A stretch of 38,973 nt of DNA from the NCBI GenBank assembly GCA_018221125.1, contig JAAOYC010000032.1, forward strand, positions 1 through 38,973, written 5' to 3'. The position numbers and the translations under genes were made by a program. The notes beneath the pieces were generated by a model. It worked only from the letters and a program-made list of their open reading frames with translations, had not been told where the DNA came from and did no database searches. Positions 9,718 through 19,467 of the stretch are shown here, piece after piece. Positions within the stretch are counted from its first letter, which is position 1. Every line of letters begins with the position of its first letter. Origin of the DNA: Candidatus Woesearchaeota archaeon. GTDB lineage: Archaea; Nanobdellota; Nanobdellia; Woesearchaeales; WJKL01.

Positions 9718-10983
9718 ATGCTAGAGTATATTAATAGGAAGTACAAGCCAAAGCCAAATGACTTGGTTGCTGAGTACAGAGTAGAGCCAAACAGGATTTC
9801 TATTGAAAAGGCATGCGAGCATATTGCTGGGGAGTCGTCTATAGGGACATGGACTACTATTGCAACTATGAATGAGAAGATTGCAGCCAAGCTTAAGCCA
9901 AATGTTTATTCTATTGACAAGAAAACTAAAGAAGTGAAGATTGCTTATCCTGCTCAGCTGTTTGAAGCAGGGAACATGCCTCAGATATATTCAGCTATTG
10001 CAGGGAATATATTTGGGATGAAGGCTGTCAAGGGATTGAGATTACAAGATATTTCTTTTCCAAAATCCATTCTTGACAAGTTCTCAGGCCCAAAGTTTGG
10101 GATAAAAGGTATCAGAAAGCTGCTGAGAGTTAAAAAAAGGCCTTTAGTTGGGACTATTGTAAAGCCAAAGGTTGGATTGAATGAAAAACAGCATGCACAG
10201 GTTGCTTATGAATCATGGCTGGGTGGACTGGATGTTGTAAAGGATGATGAGAATCTGACATCCATGAGCTTTAATAATTTTGAAAAGAGGATCAAGCAGA
10301 CATTGAAGCTAAGAGACAAGGCTGAGAATGAGACAGGAGAAAAAAAGATATACATGCCAAATGTCACTGCTGAGACATCTGAGATGCTGGAGAGAGCAAA
10401 GTTTGTGAAAAAGCAGGGAGGAGAATATATCATGATTGATATCATCACTTGCGGCTGGTCTGGACTGCAGACTTTAAGAGATGCAAATTTAGGGATGGTT
10501 ATCCATGCTCACAGGGCAATGCATGGTGCTTTTACTGAGAATCCAAAGCATGGGATTTCCATGTTAACAATTGCAAAGACATCCAGGTTGATTGGAGTTG
10601 ACCAGATACATGTTGGCGCTATTTTAGGAAAGATGAAAGGTGGGGAAGAAGAGGTTGTTGCAATTGGAGAGGAGATTGAAGAAAAGATTATTCAGCCTGA
10701 CAAGGAAGACCATGTTCTGGCGCAGAAATGGCATAATATCAAGCCAGTATTAGCTGTCTGCTCTGGCGGATTAGAGCCAAGCAAGATCCCTGAGCTAGTT
10801 AAAGCAATGGGAAATGATATTGTGATGCAGTTTGGAGGGGGATGTCACGGGCATCCTGATGGAACTTTCTCTGGAGCAAAAGCAATAAGGCAGGCATTGG
10901 ATGCAGCAATGCAGAAAATACCTCTTTCTGAGTATGCTGAGTATCATAGTGAATTAAAGAAAGCATTGAAAAAGTGGAAGTGA
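9718..10983 (+). CDS. rbcL: ribulose-1,5-bisphosphate carboxylase/oxygenase large subunit, archaeal form III
   Basis: AGESSIGTW, GTIVKPKVGL, KDDEN carbamylation motif, HAHRAMHG, QIHVG..GKM, CSGG, FGGG.HGHP; catalytic residues appear intact. Confidence 0.96.
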   Translation: MLEYINRKYKPKPNDLVAEYRVEPNRISIEKACEHIAGESSIGTWTTIATMNEKIAAKLKPNVYSIDKKTKEVKIAYPAQLFEAGNMPQIYSAIAGNIFGMKAVKGLRLQDISFPKSILDKFSGPKFGIKGIRKLLRVKKRPLVGTIVKPKVGLNEKQHAQVAYESWLGGLDVVKDDENLTSMSFNNFEKRIKQTLKLRDKAENETGEKKIYMPNVTAETSEMLERAKFVKKQGGEYIMIDIITCGWSGLQTLRDANLGMVIHAHRAMHGAFTENPKHGISMLTIAKTSRLIGVDQIHVGAILGKMKGGEEEVVAIGEEIEEKIIQPDKEDHVLAQKWHNIKPVLAVCSGGLEPSKIPELVKAMGNDIVMQFGGGCHGHPDGTFSGAKAIRQALDAAMQKIPLSEYAEYHSELKKALKKWK

Positions 10984-11016
10984 AGGTTTTTATAGGTATA
11001 TAATTGCTCTTTTTCT

Positions 11017-11700
11017 ATGAATAAAAGATTAGTAAAATTACTAAAGCAGGATGGCAGGAGTATATTTCAGATAGCCGGAGAGATTGATATTGGAGGGAGC
11101 AATTTAAGCGAAAATATAAAGGGTGTTACTCCAAGATATGAAAATGCAGAGAAGATATGTGATTATTTTGGTGTTTCAATAGATTATTTGTTTCCAGGTG
11201 TTGAAGAGGATACTTCTAAAAACATAAGATTGATAGCAGCAAGAGAGAGAAAAGATAAGATACAATCAGAAGCTGCTGAAGAGATGGGCATATCCAGCTC
11301 ATTGCTGAGCAAATGTGAATGGAAAGGATATATTCCTAGTGAAAAGACAATGGGGATTATATGTGATTATTATGGTATCAGCAAGAAACGCTTATTTCCT
11401 GATTATAAGGATAAGAAACGAAAACTAGTGATAACTAAAGATGAAAATTCAAATAATGTATTGATAGAAGCAAGATTGGCGTTAGGATGGGGACAGAAAA
11501 AACTAGCAGAAGAAGTAAATGTTACTAAAGGTTATATCTGCCATCTGGAAAAAAATAGGTATTACCCAAGTGAAGATATGAAAGACATGATATGGGAAGT
11601 ATTAAATGATGAATATCAGGAAAGAGGACTTGATTTTGATATTAGTGCAGAAGAGCTTTTTTCAAGCAATTTAGAGGCTATTTTAGAGGCAAATAGTTGA
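11017..11700 (+). CDS. XRE-family regulator with three tandem HTH domains
   Basis: Three repeats of the Q..A...G/V.S...S..E....PS....I pattern, two ending ICDY.G.S...LFP; promoter AAGGTTTTTATA at 10983-10994. Confidence 0.85.
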   Translation: MNKRLVKLLKQDGRSIFQIAGEIDIGGSNLSENIKGVTPRYENAEKICDYFGVSIDYLFPGVEEDTSKNIRLIAARERKDKIQSEAAEEMGISSSLLSKCEWKGYIPSEKTMGIICDYYGISKKRLFPDYKDKKRKLVITKDENSNNVLIEARLALGWGQKKLAEEVNVTKGYICHLEKNRYYPSEDMKDMIWEVLNDEYQERGLDFDISAEELFSSNLEAILEANS

Positions 11701-11798
11701 AATTTCCATAAGCTTTATAAAAGACTGCTACTACTCTAGAATAAGAATTAGGGTGAATAGGTAATCAAGCTTGAAAAACTCCATGGAGGAAATTAAAA

Positions 11799-13214
11799 AT
11801 GAAGAAAAGCATATTAATGGTCATACTAATGGCTATAGCTCTGGTTTTCTGTATTTCTACTGTAAGTGCAGCTGTAACTGTTGAAAGCACATTCAGCTCA
11901 AGTGCACCTACTTTTGGAGATGAGAACCAGATGGCTAGTAATCCAAATGCAGATGATGTGGATGATGAGAATATCTATGATACAGGAGATGTTACTTTAA
12001 ATTCAACAGCTGCTGTAACAATAACAGGCATTTCTATCAGTCCTGCAAGTGGATTTAGTGAAAGTGACTTAAGTATCACAGTTGACGATTCAGACACAGC
12101 ACTTGCTGCTGGTGTTCCAGAAGCTGTTACATTAAAAGCAAGAATCCCTGAGGATCTGGATGCTGTTGATGACAATCTGGAAGAAGCTGCAATTAAGGTA
12201 GGAACTGCTACTATTACATTCAGCGACGCTTCAACTGCTTCTTTTGATGTATATATGCAGAGAAAGAACATGCTGGATATAGATGATATAGACATAATTG
12301 TTGATGATGATGAATCATATGACGAAGATGATAATATTGATGAACTAAAAGCTGGTTCTGTCATTGAAATCGAAGTTAACGTTGAAAACACATATGATGA
12401 TGACGATGATGATGTTGATATGGATGTTGAACTTACAGTTGAAATCGATGATGACAGTGATTTTGACATTGATGACGGAAATGATGTTGACTTAGATTCT
12501 GAAGAAGATGGAACTCTAGAAGCAACAGTAACAGTTGAAGACGGCATTGATGATGATGATTATGAAATGACTCTTTTTATAGAAGGAGATGACGAAAACG
12601 GCGCTAAACACGGTGCAGCTTTTGAAATTGACCTTGAAGTTGAAAGAAAGAGCCATGATCTGATAATCAAATCAACAAGTCTTGGATTCAGCACAATGAG
12701 CTGTTCAAAAGGACAAAACTCTGTTTATGTGAGGGTTTCCAATGATGGAAAGAATGATGAAGATGAATCTGCTGTTTATATCACAAACAGTGATTTAGGC
12801 ATTGATTTTTCCAAAGAAGACTTTGAGATTGAAGAACGTGATGACTGGTCAAAAACATTAACATTTGAAGTGCCTGACAGCCTGGCTGTAGGAATTTATC
12901 CGATTAGAATCAGAGTATACTACAGCGGAGATGAAGATGATGGTGTTTTAGCAGACCTGGTAGACATTGATCTTGAAATCAAAGCATGCAGCACAACTAC
13001 TATACCTGATACTGCACCTGAAGACCCTGTAACTGAAGAAGTTGTAGAAATTCCTGACGAAGTTCTTGAAGAATTCGGAATAACTGAAACAGTTGACAAA
13101 GGAAGCTTTACAGACAGCACAGCATTTATAGTCTTGCTTGTTGTATTGATCCTAGGAGCTGGCGCAGGAGTCGGAGTGTTAGTATTTTATCTGCTTAACA
13201 GCAAAGCTGATTAG
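11799..13214 (+). CDS. putative S-layer/cell-surface protein
   Basis: Sec signal (MKKSIL...VSA), very Asp/Glu-rich beta-sandwich-like body, Thr/Pro/Glu linker, C-terminal TM helix; GGAGG RBS, long leader and T-rich terminator. Confidence 0.7.
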   Translation: MKKSILMVILMAIALVFCISTVSAAVTVESTFSSSAPTFGDENQMASNPNADDVDDENIYDTGDVTLNSTAAVTITGISISPASGFSESDLSITVDDSDTALAAGVPEAVTLKARIPEDLDAVDDNLEEAAIKVGTATITFSDASTASFDVYMQRKNMLDIDDIDIIVDDDESYDEDDNIDELKAGSVIEIEVNVENTYDDDDDDVDMDVELTVEIDDDSDFDIDDGNDVDLDSEEDGTLEATVTVEDGIDDDDYEMTLFIEGDDENGAKHGAAFEIDLEVERKSHDLIIKSTSLGFSTMSCSKGQNSVYVRVSNDGKNDEDESAVYITNSDLGIDFSKEDFEIEERDDWSKTLTFEVPDSLAVGIYPIRIRVYYSGDEDDGVLADLVDIDLEIKACSTTTIPDTAPEDPVTEEVVEIPDEVLEEFGITETVDKGSFTDSTAFIVLLVVLILGAGAGVGVLVFYLLNSKAD

Positions 13215-13217
13215 AAC

Positions 13218-13247
13218 TTTTTTCTTTTCTTTTTTTCTTTTTTATTT
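13218..13247 (+). terminator. oligo-T archaeal terminator
   Basis: T-rich run directly after the S-layer-like gene stop. Confidence 0.6.
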
Positions 13248-13311
13248 ATCCTGTTAAAAACAAGAATCTTTATATAATTCTAAAACATATCATATCTGGG
13301 TGGAAGCATAG

Positions 13312-16300
13312 TTGAGAAAAAAACTATTCTTATTGGGACTAATTGTATTTCTACTATCCTTTTCGATAGTCATTAATGTTAATTCTGAAGTGTTATGCAA
13401 AGGAGATATAGTAGATGGTGTTTGCAAAGGAGCTGAGCTTGAAGGAGCTAAGATACATAAAGAGATTAGAGAAAGGATTGAAACCAGGCTTATTGAAAAA
13501 GATACAGGCAAAGAAGTAAAAAGAATTCTTATTGTTATGAAAAAAGGCAAATCATTTGATAAGAAAAGATTAGATGATAGAATAGGTTTTGTTGATAGAG
13601 CATTAAAGGCTGTTGGATTATCTCCAAAAGTAAAATTTAAAGAAAATATAAAGAATTTGGCAGTTATTGAATATGATTTAAGTGATCTGGATATCTTAAT
13701 AAAGATTAGCAAAGAGCCAGATGTTGGTTATATTATGGAAGAGCCTATTCTTTATTTAGCAACTTCTGATGTCACAAGGATAATTGGTTCTGATGATATA
13801 AATCTAGTAAGGGTTAATGCAACTCCTCTTGATGGAAAAGGATATACTGTTTGCCTGCTAGATAGTGGAGTTGATTATACGCATCCAGATCTGCAGGATT
13901 ATGTTATTCTAGGTCCTGATACCAGGGATGATGATGGTGATCCAATGGATTCTGAAGGTCATGGTACACATCTTGCAGGAGATATACATTCTGTTGCTCC
14001 TGAAGCTAAGATTGCTGCAGTTAGGGTTTGTCATACCAGTTGTGGACCTACAGACATGGCTCAAGGAGTTCAATGGTGTATTGATAATAAGGATCTGTAT
14101 AATATAACTGCAATAAGCATGAGTATACAGGATTTTGGAGGACATCCTGCTCCAAGTGGAGCTTGTCCTAGTTGGATGGATTCTGTATTAGAAGATGCTA
14201 AGAATGCCAGTCTGTTTACAGTTTCTGCTTCAGGAAATCAGGGCTATACAACTGGAATTGGTTATCCTGCATGTTCTCCTTATTCATATTCAACTGGAGC
14301 AACTGATGATTTGGATACAATAGACGGATCTTCAAACAGATATTTTAATCCTGGCTCAGGAAATCATCTTGATTTTTTTGCTCCTGGAGATAATGTTATC
14401 TCAACTAAGCTAGGAGGGGGTTATAGCGGAAAATCAGGGACATCAATAGCAACACCATTTGTTGCAGCAGCGTCTCTATTAATACATCAATATCATGCAT
14501 TAAATAGTTTAGCAACAGATCCAGATATAATAAGGGATTTGTTAAATGAGACAGGCAAAATAATTGGAAGCTGGCCAAGGATAGATGTCAAGGCAGCTGT
14601 TAATAAAGATGCATTGTATGATTGTGCTGAAAATTGGGTGCCTAATTCAAGTGAATGTGCTGGAGATTATAGAAACATGACTTATAATGATGCTAATGCC
14701 TGCGGCACAAGTTTCAATGTACCAGAAGATAATGGAACATCTATTTATTGCGGTTTATCAGAATGTGATTCAGGACTGGTAAATTATTGGAGCTTTGATG
14801 ATGGATATGCAGAAGACAGTGTTGGCAGCAGCAATGGAACAGAATATAATACTACAAATATAAAAGGCAAAATTGGAATTGGTAAGAGTTTTAACGGCAG
14901 CAGCTATATAACAGCAGATGGCTCAACTAGTTATGATATTTTTACTGTTGCGCTATGGGCAAGATTTAACAATCTGAATAATGACCAGGTTTTGGTTGCA
15001 AAACAGGATGGAACAGGAACTGGAGAAACCTGGCTTCTTTATGATAAAAATGATAATAAAATAGAATCCTGGCTTGGTGGTGCAAAAACATTTACAGGTT
15101 ATACACCTGCTGCAGATGATACTTTTAGGCTTTATACTTTAACATATGACAATGGTTGGGTAACAATGTATGTCAATGATATATTAATAGGAGGTCCATC
15201 AGCAAAAACAGAAGGAGATGCAACTGGAAATTTTGTTTTTGGTGCTAACAAGGATTTAGCTACTCAATTCCTGCATGGGGATATAGATGAAGTTGCTATT
15301 TTTGACAGTGCGTTATCATTAACAGAGATACAGAATATTTATAATAAAGGAGTAACTGAACATAATTACTGCATGAATGATTCTTATGAATGTTATTATA
15401 ATATTAAATGTGGAATAGATTATTATGAAGGATTCTATTGTTCAGCAGGGGATATTTATGATAATTTAACAAGCTATACATGCAACAGTCCTGGGACATC
15501 TGGTTCAAGCTGTTCAAATTCAACAATGCCTGTTTTAAAAGAATCCTGCAGTTATGGTTGCGATGCTGCGCAGTGTGTGGCTTGCTCTTTAGATAGTGAT
15601 TGCGGAACTGACTTCTATGAAGGATTATATTGTTCAGCAGGAGATGTTTATGATGATTTCACAAGCTATACATGCAATAATAATGGAACAGCATCTGCAA
15701 GCTGTTCAAGTTCAACAGCTCCTGTTTTGAATGAAACTTGCCCAGATACATGCACTAATGGAACATGTGATTCAGTTGAATGTTTCTCTGATACAGATTG
15801 CGGAACTGATTATTATGATATTTCATATTGTTCTAGCGGGGATGTTTATAATAATTTCACAGATTATACCTGCAATGATCCTGGAAATGCTAGTTCAAGT
15901 TGTTCAAATGCAACAACTCCTAATTTAAATGAGACTTGCAGTTATGGTTGTGATTTGGGATTTTGTGTTGCCTGCTCTTCAAACAGTGACTGTGGGGATA
16001 ATTTCTGGACAGGAAGCCGTTATTGCAGCGGAGGGGATGTGTGGCAGGATTATATGAAATATGTTTGTTATGATGATGGAACTGTTTCATCTTACTGCAA
16101 CAGCTCTTTTGGAGACAGGAGAAAGAGAGATTGTGATTATGGATGTTCTGATGGAGTTTGTTTAGATAATCCATCTGGTTATGATTGTTCTGTTGATTCA
16201 GATTGCGGAGCAGATGGTTTAGTTGGAGGGAGTTATTGTTCTGCAGGAGATGTTTATCAAAGCAGCAGAACATGGAGCTGCAATAATAATGGAACAGTTG

Positions 16301-16920
16301 ATGCTTACTGCAGTTATAGTGATGCTGCTCAATCAATTGAAAATTGCACTGGTAGTTGTGTAAATGGAGCTTGTGTAAGCAATATCTGCAATGTTGCTGC
16401 TGATTGTGGTGCGGATGATTGGGTAGGAAGTCCTTACTGCAATGGAACAGATATTTACCAAAGCTATAGAATGTGGAGTTGTGCTGTTCCTGGAACAGAC
16501 TCATGCAATTATACAGATGATGGCCAGTTAAATGAAACTTGTGCAGTGGATTGCCTGAATGGTGTTTGTGTTGATGCTGATGGAGAAAGCGGAAAAGATG
16601 TTGATGTAGGAGTTGCTAATTTCCATGTCCAGACAAATAATGTTAGTGCGGGTATTCCATTAACTGTTTTATTTAATCTTGATAATAATGGCAATGTTAC
16701 TATCAATGATATTGAATGGATCTTTGATAGTGATGAAGGTGCTGCTATCATAGGAGTTGTTTCTGAACTCAGGGCTGGAGAGAGTATCCTTATCATAAGA
16801 GATATAACTTATTCAGGTGCTGGAACATATTACCCAAGTGTGGTTGTTGACCCTGATAATAATATAGATGAATCAAATGAAGCAAATAATCAAGATAATC
16901 TTACTTTAATTATACCTTAA
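13312..16920 (+). CDS. secreted S8 subtilase with LamG domain, Cys-rich repeats and CARDB domain
   Basis: Signal peptide; triad LLDSGVD / GHGTHLAG / SGTSIATP; LamG motifs LVNYWSFD and GDIDEVAIFDSALS; VDPDNNIDESNEANN CARDB motif; TTG start. Confidence 0.9.
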   Translation: MRKKLFLLGLIVFLLSFSIVINVNSEVLCKGDIVDGVCKGAELEGAKIHKEIRERIETRLIEKDTGKEVKRILIVMKKGKSFDKKRLDDRIGFVDRALKAVGLSPKVKFKENIKNLAVIEYDLSDLDILIKISKEPDVGYIMEEPILYLATSDVTRIIGSDDINLVRVNATPLDGKGYTVCLLDSGVDYTHPDLQDYVILGPDTRDDDGDPMDSEGHGTHLAGDIHSVAPEAKIAAVRVCHTSCGPTDMAQGVQWCIDNKDLYNITAISMSIQDFGGHPAPSGACPSWMDSVLEDAKNASLFTVSASGNQGYTTGIGYPACSPYSYSTGATDDLDTIDGSSNRYFNPGSGNHLDFFAPGDNVISTKLGGGYSGKSGTSIATPFVAAASLLIHQYHALNSLATDPDIIRDLLNETGKIIGSWPRIDVKAAVNKDALYDCAENWVPNSSECAGDYRNMTYNDANACGTSFNVPEDNGTSIYCGLSECDSGLVNYWSFDDGYAEDSVGSSNGTEYNTTNIKGKIGIGKSFNGSSYITADGSTSYDIFTVALWARFNNLNNDQVLVAKQDGTGTGETWLLYDKNDNKIESWLGGAKTFTGYTPAADDTFRLYTLTYDNGWVTMYVNDILIGGPSAKTEGDATGNFVFGANKDLATQFLHGDIDEVAIFDSALSLTEIQNIYNKGVTEHNYCMNDSYECYYNIKCGIDYYEGFYCSAGDIYDNLTSYTCNSPGTSGSSCSNSTMPVLKESCSYGCDAAQCVACSLDSDCGTDFYEGLYCSAGDVYDDFTSYTCNNNGTASASCSSSTAPVLNETCPDTCTNGTCDSVECFSDTDCGTDYYDISYCSSGDVYNNFTDYTCNDPGNASSSCSNATTPNLNETCSYGCDLGFCVACSSNSDCGDNFWTGSRYCSGGDVWQDYMKYVCYDDGTVSSYCNSSFGDRRKRDCDYGCSDGVCLDNPSGYDCSVDSDCGADGLVGGSYCSAGDVYQSSRTWSCNNNGTVDAYCSYSDAAQSIENCTGSCVNGACVSNICNVAADCGADDWVGSPYCNGTDIYQSYRMWSCAVPGTDSCNYTDDGQLNETCAVDCLNGVCVDADGESGKDVDVGVANFHVQTNNVSAGIPLTVLFNLDNNGNVTINDIEWIFDSDEGAAIIGVVSELRAGESILIIRDITYSGAGTYYPSVVVDPDNNIDESNEANNQDNLTLIIP
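15391..16575 (+). repeat. six tandem ~63-70 aa Cys-rich repeats (8 Cys each)
   Basis: Consensus C-x5-CG.D....YCS.GDVY.....TC...GT....C.........ETC...C..G.CV repeated six times. Confidence 0.9.
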
Positions 16921-16927
16921 TTGGAGG

Positions 16928-17377
16928 ATGAAGAAAATGAAATTTAAGAAAGTCACTTTAACTGCAATTGTTTCAGCAATATTGGCTGCATCGCCTGGAT
17001 GTGGCGGTGGAGGAGGTGGAGGAGGAGGTAGTAACCCTCCAAATTATGCTACTGAAGTTGAAGGAGATAATCAACTTGCAGACACAGCAGATGCTTATTT
17101 AGCTGGTAGTGAGATTGAAAGCTATAGAAGCAATCCTTTAGTTGATGTAGTTGGAAATCAATTCAGAGTTGACCTTGAAGTTGTATTATCTGATGGAAGA
17201 ACAATCTTAATCTGGTATCAAGGAGAGAATGATGGAGAGCATCTTGATGAAAAAGGATTCATTGAATCAAAGAATGATGTTTATTGGGTTCAGATAAATC
17301 CTTGTCCAAAAGAAGATATCCCTGGTACATTGGATGAAATAAATATTGTTCATGATTGGGCTCAAGGAGAATATTAG
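16928..17377 (+). CDS. putative lipoprotein with poly-Gly linker
   Basis: Basic N-terminus, hydrophobic stretch, ASPG-C then nine Gly; GGAGG immediately before ATG, likely co-transcribed with the subtilase. Confidence 0.65.
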   Translation: MKKMKFKKVTLTAIVSAILAASPGCGGGGGGGGGSNPPNYATEVEGDNQLADTADAYLAGSEIESYRSNPLVDVVGNQFRVDLEVVLSDGRTILIWYQGENDGEHLDEKGFIESKNDVYWVQINPCPKEDIPGTLDEINIVHDWAQGEY

Positions 17378-17395
17378 TTTTTTTCTTTTTTATTT
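17378..17395 (+). terminator. oligo-T archaeal terminator
   Basis: T-rich run directly after the stop codon. Confidence 0.55.
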
Positions 17396-17455
17396 GTCCC
17401 TTAGTCTGGACTAAAAGTCCCGAAGGTTTATAAAGGGAATAAATTGGATATTTCT

Positions 17456-18424
17456 ATGGCATATAGTTTTGAAGAATTGAAACCACTGGAAACCCGAGAA
17501 ATTATTCACATCTCTCAGATGGGAGACAATAGAGATGAGAATGGTAATTTTTCTCTATTGAGAGGAAAGAAAAACACTTTTTTCTTTGAAAAAATGGGAG
17601 GATATGGAACAATTTACCGTCCATTTGAACCAGAAGTAGAAGAATCTCTTGATGATTTAGTTTCTTTTGTAAAAGAGGACTGCGCATCTGTAAATTTAAG
17701 ACATTTCCCCCCTTCTGTATTGGATAAGTATTTTTTTACAGTGATACCTCACGGAGGGACAAATAAACATTGGAGACTTTATCAAACACCTTTAACAGTT
17801 GAAGATTATGATGCTAAGCTTAAAAAATTCAGGAAGACTGGTTATGAGTATAGAGAATTAACTCCAGAAGATACACCTAAACTTATAGATTTGATCAAGG
17901 AATGGGCCAGAGGTAAAAAAGAAAGCGCAATGCGTGTATCGCTTGATTCTAATCTTGGAAGTGTACGAGATATTGATGAAAATATTGAAAAATTGCAAAA
18001 TATTCGCAGCGAAGTTGCATGGTTAGATTTTTTAGCAAGGGAACCCAAAGAATATGAAAAATTAATGGCTCAGCCATTAACTACTCTTTATGGAACTTTT
18101 AGAGATGGCCAGCTTTTATCATATATCTATACAGAAGGGAATGAATTCTTTATGGCTTTTCATTCCAGGGCTTCAAAAAGAGTGAATAGCAGATCTCCTC
18201 AAGAATTTTTAGATTTAGCAGTTGCAAGAGAATTTGCACAAAGAGGAGTTAAGAAATTTGACAGAGGATTTTTAAATATTAGAAAAGGGATGATCGGGCT
18301 TATTGAATACAAAAAGAAGTTTGGAGAGATAAAAGGAGCTATTGAAATAAATTGGGATGGTGTTTATTTGTGCAATTCTCCTGAATATAGATATTTACAA
18401 GAAAAAATTGATTTTAGTAATTGA
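17456..18424 (+). CDS. GNAT-fold protein resembling FemABX/DUF2156 transferases
   Basis: C-terminal FAQRGVKKFDRG...GLIEYKKKFG motif; start ATG 17456 lies 21 bp after AAGGTTTATAAA (17423-17434). Confidence 0.55.
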   Translation: MAYSFEELKPLETREIIHISQMGDNRDENGNFSLLRGKKNTFFFEKMGGYGTIYRPFEPEVEESLDDLVSFVKEDCASVNLRHFPPSVLDKYFFTVIPHGGTNKHWRLYQTPLTVEDYDAKLKKFRKTGYEYRELTPEDTPKLIDLIKEWARGKKESAMRVSLDSNLGSVRDIDENIEKLQNIRSEVAWLDFLAREPKEYEKLMAQPLTTLYGTFRDGQLLSYIYTEGNEFFMAFHSRASKRVNSRSPQEFLDLAVAREFAQRGVKKFDRGFLNIRKGMIGLIEYKKKFGEIKGAIEINWDGVYLCNSPEYRYLQEKIDFSN

Positions 18425-18468
18425 TTATTTCTCAATAAACTTCTGCATCCTATTTACAAAGTCTTCTG
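18425..18468 (-). repeat. orphan 44-bp copy of the 3' end of the MNT-HEPN gene (direct repeat with 19468-19511)
   Basis: 42/44 identical; reads EDFVNRMQKFIEK* on the minus strand. Confidence 0.95.
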
Positions 18469-19467
18469 TGAGATAAACGCCCGTATAAAACAAGGGATTT
18501 AACAATTAGGGGCTAAGAAGCAAATCAAATATGCACTGGTCACTGGACATGTGCCCGCAAGATATATAAATTAACTTATCTTATTAGTAAGTTATGAGTA
18601 AAGTAGATAATAAATTAGCTGTATTTCAGGGAAAACATATTAGAAAAATTTGGCATAATAATGAATGGTATTTTTCAGTAATTGATATTATAGATGCTTT
18701 AGATGCAAGTACTAGACCCAGAAAATATTGGTCTGATCTAAAAAAAAAACTTACTGAAGAAGGTTTTGAGTTGTCCGCAAAAATCGGACAACTGAAATTA
18801 GTGGCTTCTGATGGCAAATCTTACCTTACGGATTGTGTAAGTACCAAAAACACGTTTAGGATAATTCAATCTATTCCCTCTAAAAAAGCAGAACCTTTCA
18901 AACAATGGCTCGCAGAAGTAGGTTATCAAAGAGTACAAGAGATAGAAAATCCAGAACTTGCTCAGAAGCGAATGAAATCATTATACAAGGCAAAAGGTTA
19001 TTCTGATGAATGGATTGAGAAACGAGTTAGAGGTATTACAATAAGAGATGAATTGACTGATGAATGGGGTAAAAGGGGTGTAAAAACAAACAGGGAATAC
19101 TCTATTTTAACTGCAGAGATTTCTAAAACAACATTTGGTTTAACTCCTGGGGAATATCAAAAATTAAAAGGTCTCAAACACCAGAATTTAAGAGACCATA
19201 TGAATGATTTAGAATTAATATTTAATATGCTTGGAGAAGCTTCTACTACGAAGATTGCCAGGAATAAAGATGCACTTGGATTTGATGAAAACAAGACTGC
19301 TGCAAAAGGAAGAGGAGTGGTGGCAGGAGTAGCGAGAAAAGAATTAGAAAAAAGAAGTGGTGAGAAAGTAGTTAGTTCTGAGAATTATTTAGAAGCACCT
19401 GAAAAAGTAAAGAAGCTGAAGAATAAAAGAAAATCTTGAAGCAAAATTAATATAGATTTTAGTTGAT
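18469..19467. mobile_element. ~1.0-kb inserted block bounded by 44-bp direct repeats
   Basis: Contains only the Bro-N gene and its promoter; flanked by 18425-18468 and 19468-19511. Confidence 0.7.
18594..19439 (+). CDS. Bro-N domain protein (phage antirepressor-like)
   Basis: IRKIWHNNEWYFSVIDII, RKYWSDLK, ASDGKSYLTD, IIQSIPSKKAEPFKQWLA, NLRDHMNDLELIF. Confidence 0.85.
   Translation: MSKVDNKLAVFQGKHIRKIWHNNEWYFSVIDIIDALDASTRPRKYWSDLKKKLTEEGFELSAKIGQLKLVASDGKSYLTDCVSTKNTFRIIQSIPSKKAEPFKQWLAEVGYQRVQEIENPELAQKRMKSLYKAKGYSDEWIEKRVRGITIRDELTDEWGKRGVKTNREYSILTAEISKTTFGLTPGEYQKLKGLKHQNLRDHMNDLELIFNMLGEASTTKIARNKDALGFDENKTAAKGRGVVAGVARKELEKRSGEKVVSSENYLEAPEKVKKLKNKRKS

Noticed and set aside
9718-10983. 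RuBisCO-like protein (form IV) or Calvin cycle
   Set aside because: Catalytic motifs match a true carboxylase; no small subunit or phosphoribulokinase in the window.
11975-12547. Long antisense ORFs (also 5533-5976, 13290-13712, 15920-16504, 33997-34587)
   Set aside because: Shadow frames of well-supported genes, with low-complexity Ser/Leu/Phe-rich translations and no promoter or RBS.
16996-17030. GGN trinucleotide run as a contingency repeat
   Set aside because: Mixed GGC/GGT/GGA codons encode an in-frame poly-Gly linker.
18469-18593. tRNA or IS end in the Bro-N leader (CACTGG repeated)
   Set aside because: No cloverleaf or T-loop motif and no matching inverted repeat at the other cargo end.
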